A stretch of 64,000 nt of DNA, from NCBI GenBank assembly GCA_963713705.1, contig CAVQMY010000027.1, positions 89,669 through 153,668 on the forward strand. The letters are read 5' to 3'. Position 1 is the first letter of the stretch, and every line of letters begins with the position of its first letter. Origin of the DNA: an uncultured Verrucomicrobiae bacterium. Lineage in GTDB: Bacteria > Verrucomicrobiota > Verrucomicrobiia > Palsa-1439. Positions 29,621 through 39,803 of this stretch are shown piece after piece. The position numbers were made by a program, and so were the translations under genes. The notes under the pieces were generated by a model. The model saw only the letters and a program-made list of their open reading frames with translations. It was not told where the DNA came from and made no database searches.

Positions 29621-29694
29621 CACCACAATGCTACTGTATCGAATTAAACACCGCAACGCTGTCGGGGTCTCGCGCCGGGCGGCGGCTTGACAAA

Positions 29695-30355
29695 TCAGGG
29701 CAGGCTGAGACCGAACCGGTCAAAACGAGGCTTGAAGTAGTGGTCGCGGTCGAAGGACATCGCGACCAGCGTGGCGCGGCCGAAAATGCTGTTGCGCGGG
29801 ACAAACCCGAAATAGCGGGAATCAAAACTGTTGTCGCGGTTGTCGCCCATGACGAAGTACTGCCCGGCCGGGAACCTGAATCGGGCCGAACGAGCGCCGC
29901 GCGGGCGTCTGCGGATCGATCATCATCGGATGCGTCTTTCCCGAGACCGTCTCGTCGAATACCGACGCGGGCTCCGAGCCGGTGCTGGCGGACGCGTAGG
30001 AGGCGGGCTGACCGTTGATCAACAGATGGTCGTCGCGCAGTTCGAGGGAGTCGCCCGGCACGCCAATGACGCGTTTGACGAGCCGAATTCCGTCATGGGG
30101 CGACCGGAACACAATGACATCGCCGCGTTGCGGGTCGGCCCATGTGGCGAGATGCCACGTGGTGAACGGCACTTTGAGATCGTACGCGAGTTTGTTGACG
30201 AAGATGCGGTCGCCGACGAGGATGGTCGGCGTCATCGACCCGCTCGGCACGTCGTTCCAATCCGCCACCGCCGAACGCAACGGCGCGAGGACGGCCACGA
30301 CCATCACCGCGGGAAGAAGCCATTCGCGCCAGAAAGCTCCCAGTCTCTGTTTCAT
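29695..30355 (-). CDS. lepB: Signal peptidase I, one frameshift near 29870
   Basis: [30 protein letters not shown]; after the shift [21 protein letters not shown]. Confidence 0.9.
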
Positions 30356-30417
30356 GGGGACTTGGACAGGATGTGATGGTGGTTTGTTCAAGGAAACATA
30401 ATCGTTGAGGAAATCGC

Positions 30418-31686
30418 CAGGGCGATTGCATTTTGATTCTTCAGGGGGGTGCGAAAGGAATTCTTTGTCAGTGGGCCGGTGGAGCCGGTTTGCGACGACA
30501 AGTTTTTGCTTCCGGTTTCCGGGGATTTGTGGTGGAAGATGGGGATGCAAAACCAACGATCCTCGTTCCGCAATTTGAAAGACCACTTCGCTCCACGACC
30601 CGACCCGCGCGTCGGCCCGGCCAAGCGCCACGAGTTGCTGGATATCCTGATGATCGCCGTCTGCGCCATGCTCTGCGGTGCGGAGGGCTTCACCGAAATC
30701 GCCCAGTGCGGTCGGTGCAAGGCCGAGTGGTTCAAAAGCTGGCTGGCGTTGCCGCACGGCATTCCCTCGCACGACACCTTCAACCGCGTGTTCGGGCTCA
30801 TTGATCCGGCGAAGTTTCGGGACTGTTTCCTGGCGTGGACGCAAAGCCTGCGCCAGGTCGTCGTCGGCGAATTGGTGGCGTTGGATGGCAAGACGCTGCG
30901 GCACAGTCGGGCGCGCGGGCACGGGCCGATCCACCTGGTCAACGTCTGGGCGGCCCGGAATCGCTTGGTGCTGGGGCAACTGAAGGTAGACGACCACAGC
31001 AACGAGATCACCGCACTGCCCCCGCTGCTCCGGGCGCTGGAATTGGCCGGCTGTGTGGTGACGGTGGACGCGATGGGCTGCCAAAAGACCGTGGCCAAAG
31101 AGATTCACGAGGCCGATGCCGACTACGTGCTGGCACTGAAAGGCAATCAGGGCACGCTGCACGCCGAAGTCCAAGCGTTTCTGGACGACGCCCACGCGCG
31201 CGGTTTTGCTGGCCTCGCCCATCAATTCACCCAGACCCTGGAGAAGGATCACGGGCGCATCGAGACCCGTCGCTATTGGATTACCGAAGCGATCGCTTGG
31301 CTGGCCGACAGGCCCCAGTGGGAAGCCTTACGCAGCGTCGGGATGGTCGAAGCAGTGCGGGAGGTGCAGGGGAAATCGACGACGCAGCGGCGCTACTATC
31401 TCAGCAGCCTGCCGGCGCAGGTCGAGCGGTTTGCGGCGGCGGTGCGCGGCCACTGGGAGATCGAGAATTGCCTGCACTGGGTGCTGGACGTGCAGATGGG
31501 CGAAGACCGCTGCGCCGTGCGCCAGCAGAACGCGGCGCAGAACCTGGCCACGCTGCGGGCCTTATGCCTGAACCAACTGCGCCGCGACCAGCGAGTCAAA
31601 CTCGGCATCCGCGCCAAACAAAAGGCCGCCGGCTGGGACCACCAGTACCTCGCCTCCCTGCTCAACTTCTAAATGCAATCGCCCTG
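30418..31686 (+). mobile_element. ISAs1-family insertion sequence
   Basis: TIR CAGGGCGATTGCATTT / AAATGCAATCGCCCTG. 10-bp target duplication AGGAAATCGC at 30408-30417 and 31687-31696. Confidence 0.95.
30539..31672 (+). CDS. ISAs1 transposase
   Basis: DPRV..KRHEL, GIPSHDTF, ALDGKTLR, SNEITA, VTVDAMGCQK, LALKGNQ, HGRIETR, RGHWEIENCLHWVLDV. Confidence 0.95.
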   Translation: MGMQNQRSSFRNLKDHFAPRPDPRVGPAKRHELLDILMIAVCAMLCGAEGFTEIAQCGRCKAEWFKSWLALPHGIPSHDTFNRVFGLIDPAKFRDCFLAWTQSLRQVVVGELVALDGKTLRHSRARGHGPIHLVNVWAARNRLVLGQLKVDDHSNEITALPPLLRALELAGCVVTVDAMGCQKTVAKEIHEADADYVLALKGNQGTLHAEVQAFLDDAHARGFAGLAHQFTQTLEKDHGRIETRRYWITEAIAWLADRPQWEALRSVGMVEAVREVQGKSTTQRRYYLSSLPAQVERFAAAVRGHWEIENCLHWVLDVQMGEDRCAVRQQNAAQNLATLRALCLNQLRRDQRVKLGIRAKQKAAGWDHQYLASLLNF

Positions 31687-31749
31687 AGGAAATCGCAGCT
31701 TGCAGGGGCGACACGATTTCCTTACTCTTGTCTTGGGAGAGACACGCGC

Positions 31750-32586
31750 TTGATTGCTACGAACAAATACCGTAGGTGGCTAGCCGATCCAAAGTTTAGC
31801 AAGCGCGACATCAATGTGGAAGTGTCGCGGGCATCGGGTTCGCTCGCGGTCGGCATCTCGTTAAACATTTTCAACTTGGGTGTTGAATTCAAGGATGGCT
31901 ACTGTTGGGTATTCGGAATTAACGAGTGGCTGTCAGTTACCTATCGCAGTGCCAAAGACTGGGACGTATGGAATGCCCACCGAGCGGAACTCGAAGAGCT
32001 TAAGGAAGAGCAACGCCAGCAACTCAGGGTAGAACAAGCTCTGTTCAAGGCGCAGGACGAACACTTAAAACAGCAGGCTGCCGAATGTCTGAACCGTAAA
32101 GAGTATGATCAGGTGCTTGGATTTCTGGAGCGGCGAGTTGACCTGATAAGAGAGAACGAACATCTTCGAAAACATGTCCCCGGCGAATGGCAGATACTCG
32201 ATGAAGCAATGCAACTGTTTTACCGATTTCCCGACGTAGAAAGCGCCGTTCAGTTCCTTGGGATCCACGCCAAGGTCCCGGGTCAATTCGCCACGTTCGG
32301 AGAGCGCTATCTATTTTGGAACAGACGAAGGCCGCGCGCGGAAGTGATTTCGGAAGTGGACAAGATTTTTCATGCGGCGGTCCGGAAGTTCCCGATGGAC
32401 ATTCGCTTGTTGGGCCGTATCTGCTTGTTTTGGGAGAGAGAATCAGCGTTTTCGCTTGCGCTTGGTTACTGCGAACTAGCGCTCGAGAAGAGCCTTGATC
32501 TAACCCTACATAATTTATTTGTAAAGAGGCTGAAGCGACTGCAAAAGAAGGCCGGCGTCTCCCGCGAAGTGAAGGGTCACGTTTAG
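31750..32586 (+). CDS. Low-GC hypothetical protein with a coiled-coil/TPR-like C-terminal half; start uncertain
   Basis: Open frame from the IS right end to the TAG at 32586. Confidence 0.5.
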   Translation: MIATNKYRRWLADPKFSKRDINVEVSRASGSLAVGISLNIFNLGVEFKDGYCWVFGINEWLSVTYRSAKDWDVWNAHRAELEELKEEQRQQLRVEQALFKAQDEHLKQQAAECLNRKEYDQVLGFLERRVDLIRENEHLRKHVPGEWQILDEAMQLFYRFPDVESAVQFLGIHAKVPGQFATFGERYLFWNRRRPRAEVISEVDKIFHAAVRKFPMDIRLLGRICLFWERESAFSLALGYCELALEKSLDLTLHNLFVKRLKRLQKKAGVSREVKGHV

Positions 32587-32618
32587 ACCGTGTCTCGTGA
32601 GGGTGCTGGCAGAATCAT

Positions 32619-32882
32619 CTATCGGATCACGCCGTCGTAGAGGTCGGCCATCGGGAAGATGAGGTCGAAATCGTTCCATTGAAGCACGCCATCAATAACG
32701 GCGAATTGCTTGAAGCGGCGCGGTTGGAGGTAGCGACGGATAGCCGGGTGCGTGGCGGCACGCAGGAACGGCTCGAAATCCACCTCGGAAATCTTGCCAT
32801 CGTTAAACTCGATGCGCAGCCGCCAGGCGCGGACGTGTTGTACGGCCTGGACATGGACAGTTTTTTCAGCGATGGCAATCAT
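32619..32882 (-). CDS. DUF2442 protein (putative antitoxin)
   Basis: LRIEFNDGKISEVDF..FL...FKQF..I.GVLQWNDFDL. Confidence 0.8.
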   Translation of the reverse strand: MIAIAEKTVHVQAVQHVRAWRLRIEFNDGKISEVDFEPFLRAATHPAIRRYLQPRRFKQFAVIDGVLQWNDFDLIFPMADLYDGVIR

Positions 32883-33184
32883 GACAATCGGCGCGTAATC
32901 TTTACGGGTGTAATGTCGCGATGAAGCACGAAGTAGTCAATCCACTTTTGCACAATTTCGTTGGCTTTGACCCGCACCAGCTTCTTGAAATTGGTCAATT
33001 CTCCCGGTCGGAGCGGTGTCATCTTGGACGCGGTCGTGAAGGTAATCTTTACAACTTTGCCGTGGCGGACGGTCAATTCGGCCTTGCATTCGCGGCCCTG
33101 ACAGAAGCCGTGGACATGGATCGGTTCGTGTTCATTGGAGTAGAAGAACACCATCAGCCCGAGATAGACGTACAGTTTCGGCAT
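32879..33184 (-). CDS. DUF4160 protein (putative toxin)
   Basis: MPKLYVYLGLMVFFYSNEHEPIHVHG; ATGA overlap with DUF2442. Confidence 0.8.
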   Translation of the reverse strand: MPKLYVYLGLMVFFYSNEHEPIHVHGFCQGRECKAELTVRHGKVVKITFTTASKMTPLRPGELTNFKKLVRVKANEIVQKWIDYFVLHRDITPVKITRRLS

Positions 33185-33230
33185 CGCGGACGAAATCATA
33201 TCGCGTAGCGGGAGCCGGTCAAGACCGGTT

Positions 33231-33764
33231 CTACCACTTCACCTTGACGTTGCGTTTTTGGCCGAGGCGATCGATGTAGAAGACCTCGCCGCGGTCGCGC
33301 CCGTACTCGTGGAGTTCCTTGGTGATTTTCACGTCGAAACAGCAATACTCGGCGATGTCCATGATCCGGCCCTGTTTCCACCACTGCAACGCCTGCATGC
33401 CGTCGGCGATCTTGGGGGCGGCGAGGGTGGCTTTGGCGAGGGAATCGAGCGACAGGCGATGGCCGAGTTTTTGTTCGAGGTCGACCATCAGGTCGAGCGT
33501 CGGCGTGTCGCCCAGGGCCAACGGCGTGTAGCCATGGAGCACTTCGTAATCGAAATTGATGATATTGAACCCGACGACGAGGTCGGCCCGCGTGAGTTGC
33601 TTCACCAAATCGTTGACCTGCTCTTCGGGGAAAATGCGGTATTGGCTGTCGCCGGTGCTGAAGGTCACGCCGACGGACATTTTCATGTCGCGTTTGCGGT
33701 TCCAGCCGCCGACATCCGCGGCGCTTTTCTGGGTTTCCAGATCGAAGTAGACGATGTTGGGCAT
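33231..33764 (-). CDS. RNase H-like 3'-5' exonuclease domain protein
   Basis: VYFDLETQ, VVGFNIINFDY, LSLDSL, YCCFDVKIT. Confidence 0.85.
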   Translation of the reverse strand: MPNIVYFDLETQKSAADVGGWNRKRDMKMSVGVTFSTGDSQYRIFPEEQVNDLVKQLTRADLVVGFNIINFDYEVLHGYTPLALGDTPTLDLMVDLEQKLGHRLSLDSLAKATLAAPKIADGMQALQWWKQGRIMDIAEYCCFDVKITKELHEYGRDRGEVFYIDRLGQKRNVKVKW

Positions 33765-33766
33765 GA

Positions 33767-34768
33767 TCAGAGGGACATGCGCGGCAAGCCGAGCGTGCGC
33801 ATCGTGTGCAGGCCGGGAGGGCATTCGACGAGCCTCGGGAGCGTGTTGGCGAGGATCGCGGGCGTGGCCATATCGCCGGGCACGCCGCCTTCGATGACCA
33901 ACCGCAACGGCGGCGCGCCATCGATCTCGATGACATCGCGCGGCTTCGGCGCGCCGATGTACATTTGCAGTTCGAGCGTCAGCGCTTCCTTGCCGGCGCG
34001 GATGCCGCGGGCGAATTGGTGCGTGCCGGCGACGGCACCCTTGGAGACCGTGAGAAATTCGGTTGTGATGGTTTTTTTGGCGAGCACGGGCGCGACGCTT
34101 TCCTTCACGTCGTCGAGCGTCCAGCCAAAGCCGTCTGCCAGGAACACCAGCGATTCCGCCAGACCGACGTGGCCGATCTTGTGTTGCTGGTTCAGGTCGT
34201 CGAATTGCGCCTTTGTCAGGTTCGCGCCGACCTTGCGTTGGAGCGCTTCGCGCCGCGTGGCGGCATTGACGACGCGGAGCACGCGCACGGCATCGACGCG
34301 CTGGCAGGCCATCGCCAACAACAACGCCAGCGTGTCCATGACGAACCCCGGGTTGACGCCGGTGCCGACGACCGCGACGGATTTCTGGATGCAGAGATCA
34401 TCGAGTTTATCCGCGAGCAGTTTGTGGCGGTAATGCGGGAACAGGGCTTCCTCGCAGGAGGTGACGCAGTGCAGGCCCGCGCGGACGATTTCGGTGAGTT
34501 GGTCGTAGGCATCGACGAAACTGGAGGTGGTGCAATGGACGACGGCATCGGCCTGGGTTTGCGCGAACAGGACAACGGGTTTGTCGGTGACGGTGATGCC
34601 GAGTTTACGTTGGAGGCTGAGCACTTCGCCCAGGTCCATGCCGGCGAGTCTCGGATCGGAGTCGATGGCGCCGACGAGTTGGAGGCCCGGGCGGTCGAGG
34701 ACGACGCGGGCCGCCGAGCGCCCGATGGCGCCGAGGCCGTATTGAATGACACGAATCGGATTGCTCAT
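33767..34768 (-). CDS. DapB-like NAD(P)-dependent amine dehydrogenase family protein
   Basis: IQYGLGAIG Rossmann motif, CVTSCEE, VVGTGVNPGFVMD, GDMAT. Confidence 0.8.
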   Translation of the reverse strand: MSNPIRVIQYGLGAIGRSAARVVLDRPGLQLVGAIDSDPRLAGMDLGEVLSLQRKLGITVTDKPVVLFAQTQADAVVHCTTSSFVDAYDQLTEIVRAGLHCVTSCEEALFPHYRHKLLADKLDDLCIQKSVAVVGTGVNPGFVMDTLALLLAMACQRVDAVRVLRVVNAATRREALQRKVGANLTKAQFDDLNQQHKIGHVGLAESLVFLADGFGWTLDDVKESVAPVLAKKTITTEFLTVSKGAVAGTHQFARGIRAGKEALTLELQMYIGAPKPRDVIEIDGAPPLRLVIEGGVPGDMATPAILANTLPRLVECPPGLHTMRTLGLPRMSL

Positions 34769-35030
34769 GATGATGTCTCGCTCTTCATGGTCACGGGGTG
34801 AACCGGATGACTTGTAGCGCGTCGGTGGACGGGCATCAACGAAAAAAGCCTACTTCGCCGAAACTCAACGCTTCGGCTACGAAGGCCAGAGGGCTGGAGG
34901 GCGACGGAGAGGGTGATGGGCGATGGCTGATGGCTAATGGGCCAAAAGGCAGAGGGCGGGCCGGCGAAGGGCTGGGCTCTTTTGCTAGCGGACTGGTGAA
35001 GGGTGAAGGGGGGGCCGGAGGGGATGAAAA

Positions 35031-35283
35031 TTACTTGCCGTAGGGCTTGTCGGGCGTTTCGCGGACGACGGCGGTGCTGGCGCTGAAACCTTCGAGGATC
35101 ACCTGCTGCAGGGTGGCGTTGTCGCCGAAGCGCTTGATGGCATCGAGGACCTCGATGCCCGCGAGCTTCCCGCCGCTGTCGTAATCCGCGGCGATACCTT
35201 CGGCGAGATGCCCGGGTCGTCACCGTCGTCTCACGAAACGTGATGCTCAAGGCGTCAACCTCTGGATCGTAGCTGATTTTCAT
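35031..35283 (-). CDS. DUF2283 putative antitoxin, one frameshift near 35214
   Basis: MKISYDPEVDALSITF; after the shift HLAEGIAADYDSGGKLAGIEVLDA. Confidence 0.8.
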
Positions 35284-35296
35284 GGGATGGTTCTCC

Positions 35297-35560
35297 CTAA
35301 AAGTAATACGTGTAGACCGTTACCACAACTATTTCCGTCAATTCTTCCACGAACACGGGTCGGACCTGCTTCGTGGCGTAAAGCTTCCCGTTCCATTCCC
35401 GGCCGAACGGGAAGTCCTTGCGGCAGTCGATCCGCTCCAACTCAGCCGCGTGCCATGGGCTGGTGCGAATGGCGTCCTCGACTTCGGCGACCGTGAACCC
35501 GCGCTGGTTGACGTAGCCTCGGGCGTGCGCCGATAATCTGATTGGCTTCGTCGTTGGCAT
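35297..35560 (-). CDS. DUF4258 putative toxin
   Basis: IRLSAHA..RGFTVAEVEDAI...IVVVTVYTYYF, upstream of DUF2283. Confidence 0.75.
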   Translation of the reverse strand: MPTTKPIRLSAHARGYVNQRGFTVAEVEDAIRTSPWHAAELERIDCRKDFPFGREWNGKLYATKQVRPVFVEELTEIVVVTVYTYYF

Positions 35561-35690
35561 CTACAATTCACCTTTGAACGCTTTGTCGAGGATGGAGGGT
35601 AACAGGGCCCGCCTGAGGCGGGCAAGCGTCGAGTTCGGCGGCGGTTTCGGAGTGAGGAAGCGGTGATGGCGGCGATCAAATGTTGCAATG
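35561..35690 (-). pseudogene. hsdS: 3' remnant of a type I R-M specificity subunit (HsdS)
   Basis: ETAAELDA and LLPSILDKAFKGEL* in two frames; a characteristic HsdS C-terminus. Confidence 0.7.
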
Positions 35691-35695
35691 TTGAG

Positions 35696-36845
35696 GGCCT
35701 GTTGCCCAAAGGCGTATTTTGGTATGGGGATTGTGGGCGCAGAGAGTTCAGTCTTCGGCGGGTAAAGCGGGCGGTGGCCCGAACGACTTCAACAGGATCT
35801 TGATGTTCTGGATGGCAGCGATCAACCAGTCCTGAATTTGGACCCGCCACAGCCGCCGCCACCGCGCGCGTTTGAAGCCGTGATGATTGGTGGCATCCGC
35901 GAAACTAACTTCTGCCAAGTGCTGCCGTCGTTTCCGATCCCGTCGCGCGGCGGCACTGTGGGCTTGCTGGCGCGCTCGATCCAACAAGGCTTGGTGTTCA
36001 TGCCGATGAATCGTGCGACCGTAGACGGTGGCGCGGGTGCATTGGGAGCGGAGCGCGCAGGCGGCGCAGACGGCTTTGGGTAGCGAGTATTCCCAGGTCC
36101 GCTTGAGCGGGTGGAGTCGTCGCGGTCGCATGGACTGACCGGCCGGACAACGCACCGTGTTGGTGCCGGCCTGGTAGTGGAAGGCGCTCTCCGGGAAGAT
36201 TCCTTCGCTACGGACGTGATGATGTTTGGCGCGGGCATCACCGAGATGCGTGCGAATGCCCAACTGCTGACAGGCCACGAAGTTCTCGGCTGTGCCGTAC
36301 TTGCTGTCGGCCACAGCGGTGCGCACGGTCTGCCCGGTCTGGGTTTGATGCTGCTGGACCAATGGTAGCAGCCGCTTGTTCTCCGCGATGCTGCCGGTGG
36401 TCGTTTCGACTGCGGTGATCACTCCCTGGGCGTCGTCGACGGCGCGGTGATGATGATAGCGCGGGCGTGGCGGTTGTGAACCATGGCGCACCACCGTCGC
36501 GTCCGGATCGGTCGTGCAAACGACCCGGTCATTGACCGCCTCGTACGCGGCGGGGGTGGTGGCGTCGTCGAGTTTGCTCTCGGTCGCTTGGTACGCGGCC
36601 TTCAACGCCGCGATCAAGCTCGGGGCCCCCGTCCGCACGGAGTCACAGGCCGCGTGCGCTTCATTCAGACTGCTGTCGACGTGCAGCTTGGTTCCATCCA
36701 CCAAACCGGCGCTGACGCATTGCCCAACCGTGCGCACGAAGAACTTCTCAAACACGTCGCGGCCCCACCGCGTCCGCGCCTTGGACAACACACTGTGATC
36801 CGGAATCACCTCGTCGAGTCCGTAGCCCAGAAACCACAGATAACA
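35696..36845 (-). mobile_element. 5'-truncated IS1182-family element
   Basis: YLWFLGYGLDEVIPDHSVLSK, HVDSS, TTDPDA, ADSKYGT, EVSFADA..HGFKRARWR. The ...GGGCAACAGGCC end is present, while the transposase N-terminus and left end are missing. Confidence 0.85.
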
Positions 36846-39099
36846 GCCAATTCTTCTTCGTGTAATGGATAATGACGTCGGGCATCTTGCCGTGCTCTTC
36901 CAGATGTACACCCAGTTTGGCGAGTCCGCCCTTGTCAAAGTACGCAAATTTCGTGTCGGTGTCGCCGACGTAGAGGACGCGTCCGGCGGGGGCAAACACG
37001 GGCGCGAAGTCTTTCAGTATCTTCTCCACGAGAATATTTTGACCACCAGGTGATAACGTGATTGTTACCTTACCGGACACTCGTACAGGGATTCTCAAGG
37101 CGTATCTCTCTTCTGCGTACTTCTCGCGGAGCGTTGTCACGTTCTTGCGAAATTCGGCAAGAGTCCTATCCCACTTCGTTGTCCCGAAAGTGTGGATAAG
37201 TGCGAGAGCGGCGCCGGTGACTTGATAGACGGTTTTTCCGCTGTTGATGGGGCGCGTCGGTTCGTCGGGATTACAAACAATGATCCCCGCTTCGAGAAAT
37301 TGGTGGACGGTCTGCCTTCTCACCGTTTCGCGGGTATTGGGCGCGTACCTCTTCCCGTAGTGCTCTTCAAAGAAGCCCATCATCTGCGTGATCCCTCGCA
37401 GAGGAGCGGCAGCGCCACCCCATGCCTTGCGAGGGGTTAGGTCAAGCAACGCCAGGAGCGTCAACGCCGAGCGTTCGTTTTGCTGCGCCCTCGGGAAGCC
37501 GAGCGCCTTCAGAATTCCAAGTGCCGCGTCGATCTTATTCATGGTGCTCAATGGATGATTGGACGTTTCAGTTTGTTGGAAGACGATCCTCTCAACTAGG
37601 TCGTCGATCTCCTGTTGCCCTGTCAATGAGTCACTGGCCTCTTTTCCGAGCGCTTCAAGTTGCTCACGCGTCGGCAAGGGAAGCGAGTACAGGTCTGTCG
37701 CATTGACTTGCGTATGGCCGCTGAAAAGTCGGAAATATCGATCAAGCAGCGTCGAGTTCAGGTAGATCGCGAGCCCTCTGGCGAGCCTTGCATCGAGTCC
37801 CGTCCCGCCGCTATGGATGTAGTTGAGGTGATTCTCGATACCGAGTAGCTCGGTGGGGGTATCGCCCTTGAGATGTACCGCCGCAACAACCCTCCGTCTC
37901 TCCTCTTTCGCCGTAAATCGCTTCGCGAGCACGTACGTGTCATTTGGGATGAACAAATCACGGTGGCCTTCGCTAATGGCAAGGGCGTTGAACTTGGCTT
38001 TTGGGTTCGGCCACTGAATTCGGGATTGGTGCAGATGCTGGGGGTACAGCAACGGAGCGGTCTTGTCGCTCAATTCCGCCTCCAGCAGGTCGGCGGCACG
38101 AAAATCCACAACACGACCTGTTGACGCTGTTAGTCCCAAATGGTCAAGGCGAGTGGGCAGACCTTGAAGCCGCTGTTGAATCTCGTCGTCGACGCCGTCT
38201 TCGACAATGTGAATGAACCGCTGTTCATCGTCTGGCAGGACCATCTTCTCATAACGGGTTTCGTGGTACCCAACCATGTCCCCGGACTGGCCGCTCGATG
38301 TGAAGACCGTCACAGTCTGCGGCTTAATTCTCGTTTTGACCGCATGGATGATGACGTTCTCCTGCAGGACGTCGGCTTCATTGAACGCAGCTTTTCGTGA
38401 CTCAAAAACGTGGATGGACTTGATAGCCATCTCGTCTAGAAAGAACCGGCGAAACGGTGCGTGATATGGGCCGTTGCAAAAACTGCGGGGCGTAATCGCC
38501 ACCAATTCTCCATCTTCCGCCACCAGCTTCACAACAAGCCCAAGAAACGCAGTGTAGAGGTTGACGACCGGCAGTCCCACTCCCTCAAGGTGCCTTCGAT
38601 ACGCCGAATTTGTGGCGATTTTGCGATAGGGAGGATTCAGGATTGCCGCATCGTAATGCTGGTGTTCGCTGCCAAAGAGATCATCCCGCAACGCCAGGCT
38701 TGCATCGGAGATGAAGTCAGCGCGGTGAATCACATGCGAAAAGTAAACGCCGATTTTCGCAAGATGTTTCGCACAAAGTTCCAGCGTATCATGCAAGTGG
38801 TCTGCGAGCGCCGGATCGATCTCAAATGCATCCACGTGAAGCGATGTTGGTCGTTCGTCGCTCTGGAGAATCCGTTCGACGACAGCAGCGGTCAAGGAAC
38901 CGATTCCCGCACCGGGGTCGAGCAGGCGAATTGAGGCACGATGCAGCGTCAGTCTGTCTGCCATCAACTTCGCAACGAAATGCGGCGTTAGGATTTGCCC
39001 CAATTCCGACCGCTGTTTGAGGTCGAGGCAGTTCGTGGCCGCTACCCGCGCGATGTCGACCGTATCACCCAAATCTGCTAGTGCGACGCTCGCATCCAT
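36846..39099 (-). pseudogene. Fused N6-adenine methyltransferase + BsuBI/PstI-family endonuclease, C-terminally truncated
   Basis: LLDPGAGIGSL, ILNPPY, FCNGPY, then QQNERSALTLLAL, YAPNTRETVRRQT and LSPGGQN. It ends at KMPDVIIHYTKKNW, before the usual ExVTSHGP motif. Confidence 0.88.
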
Positions 39100-39475
39100 C
39101 GGCTAAATAGTAGCAAAGAGAACGGTCATTTGGCAATCAGCCTCGGTTCACGTGAGCGGCGGGGCCTACAAGCGGCGGATTTGGCAAGCAAGACCGGCGT
39201 GGGTGGGCCGGCGTGACTCGGGCCGCCCCGATCTCGGAATCGGGGCAGGTTCGCCTCTGTGGCGTGGGGTGGAATCGGTCGGCGCTTCGTCCGTTCGGCT
39301 TGGCTGAGGGCCGCGTGAGGCTGCGCCCACGTGATGGCCGAGGGGATCGGCCAAACGTGGGCTGCGCCAACGCGGGCTGCGCCGGGCAGGGATGAGCCCC
39401 GACATCCTATGTCGGTGTGAATACGGGGCGGTTATGACAATTGTGGAGCGTATTCAGGGCAGGCGGACGGCGGGA

Positions 39476-39730
39476 CGGGTTCGTGAGGCGGGTTGTCTGA
39501 CGCGGGGGCGCGTCAGGCGACACGCGGGGCGCGTGTGCTCCCCGGTGCTCGGGATGGGTTGGGAACAGAGGGGGGCGGCAGGTGGCTTGTCTGACGCGAG
39601 GGCGCGTCAGGCGACACGCGGGGCGCGTGTGCTCCCCGGTGCTCGGGATGGGTTGGGAACAGAGGGGGCGGCAGGCGGCTTGTCTGACGCGAGGGCGCGT
39701 CAGGCGGCATGCGAGGCGCGTGTGCTCCCC
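39476..39730. repeat. Three tandem REP-like units (~93-bp period)
   Basis: Repeated TTGTCTGACGCG(G/A)GGGCGCGTCAGGCG..GCGCGTGTGCTCCCC with an internal CTGACGCG/CGCGTCAG hairpin. Confidence 0.85.
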
Positions 39731-39803
39731 GGCACGTCCTACCGGGGGCGGAGGGGATCCGCCGTCGCTAAAGCTTTGGCGGACACGCGGGGCGGTCAGG
39801 TGT

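Noticed and set aside
30835-32586. 583-aa ORF as a single protein
   Set aside because: The first ~280 aa are an alternative frame of the ISAs1 transposase read through the TIR.
35748-36995. 415-aa intact transposase
   Set aside because: The first ~50 aa are an off-frame reading of the endonuclease gene; the real N-terminus and IS left end are missing.
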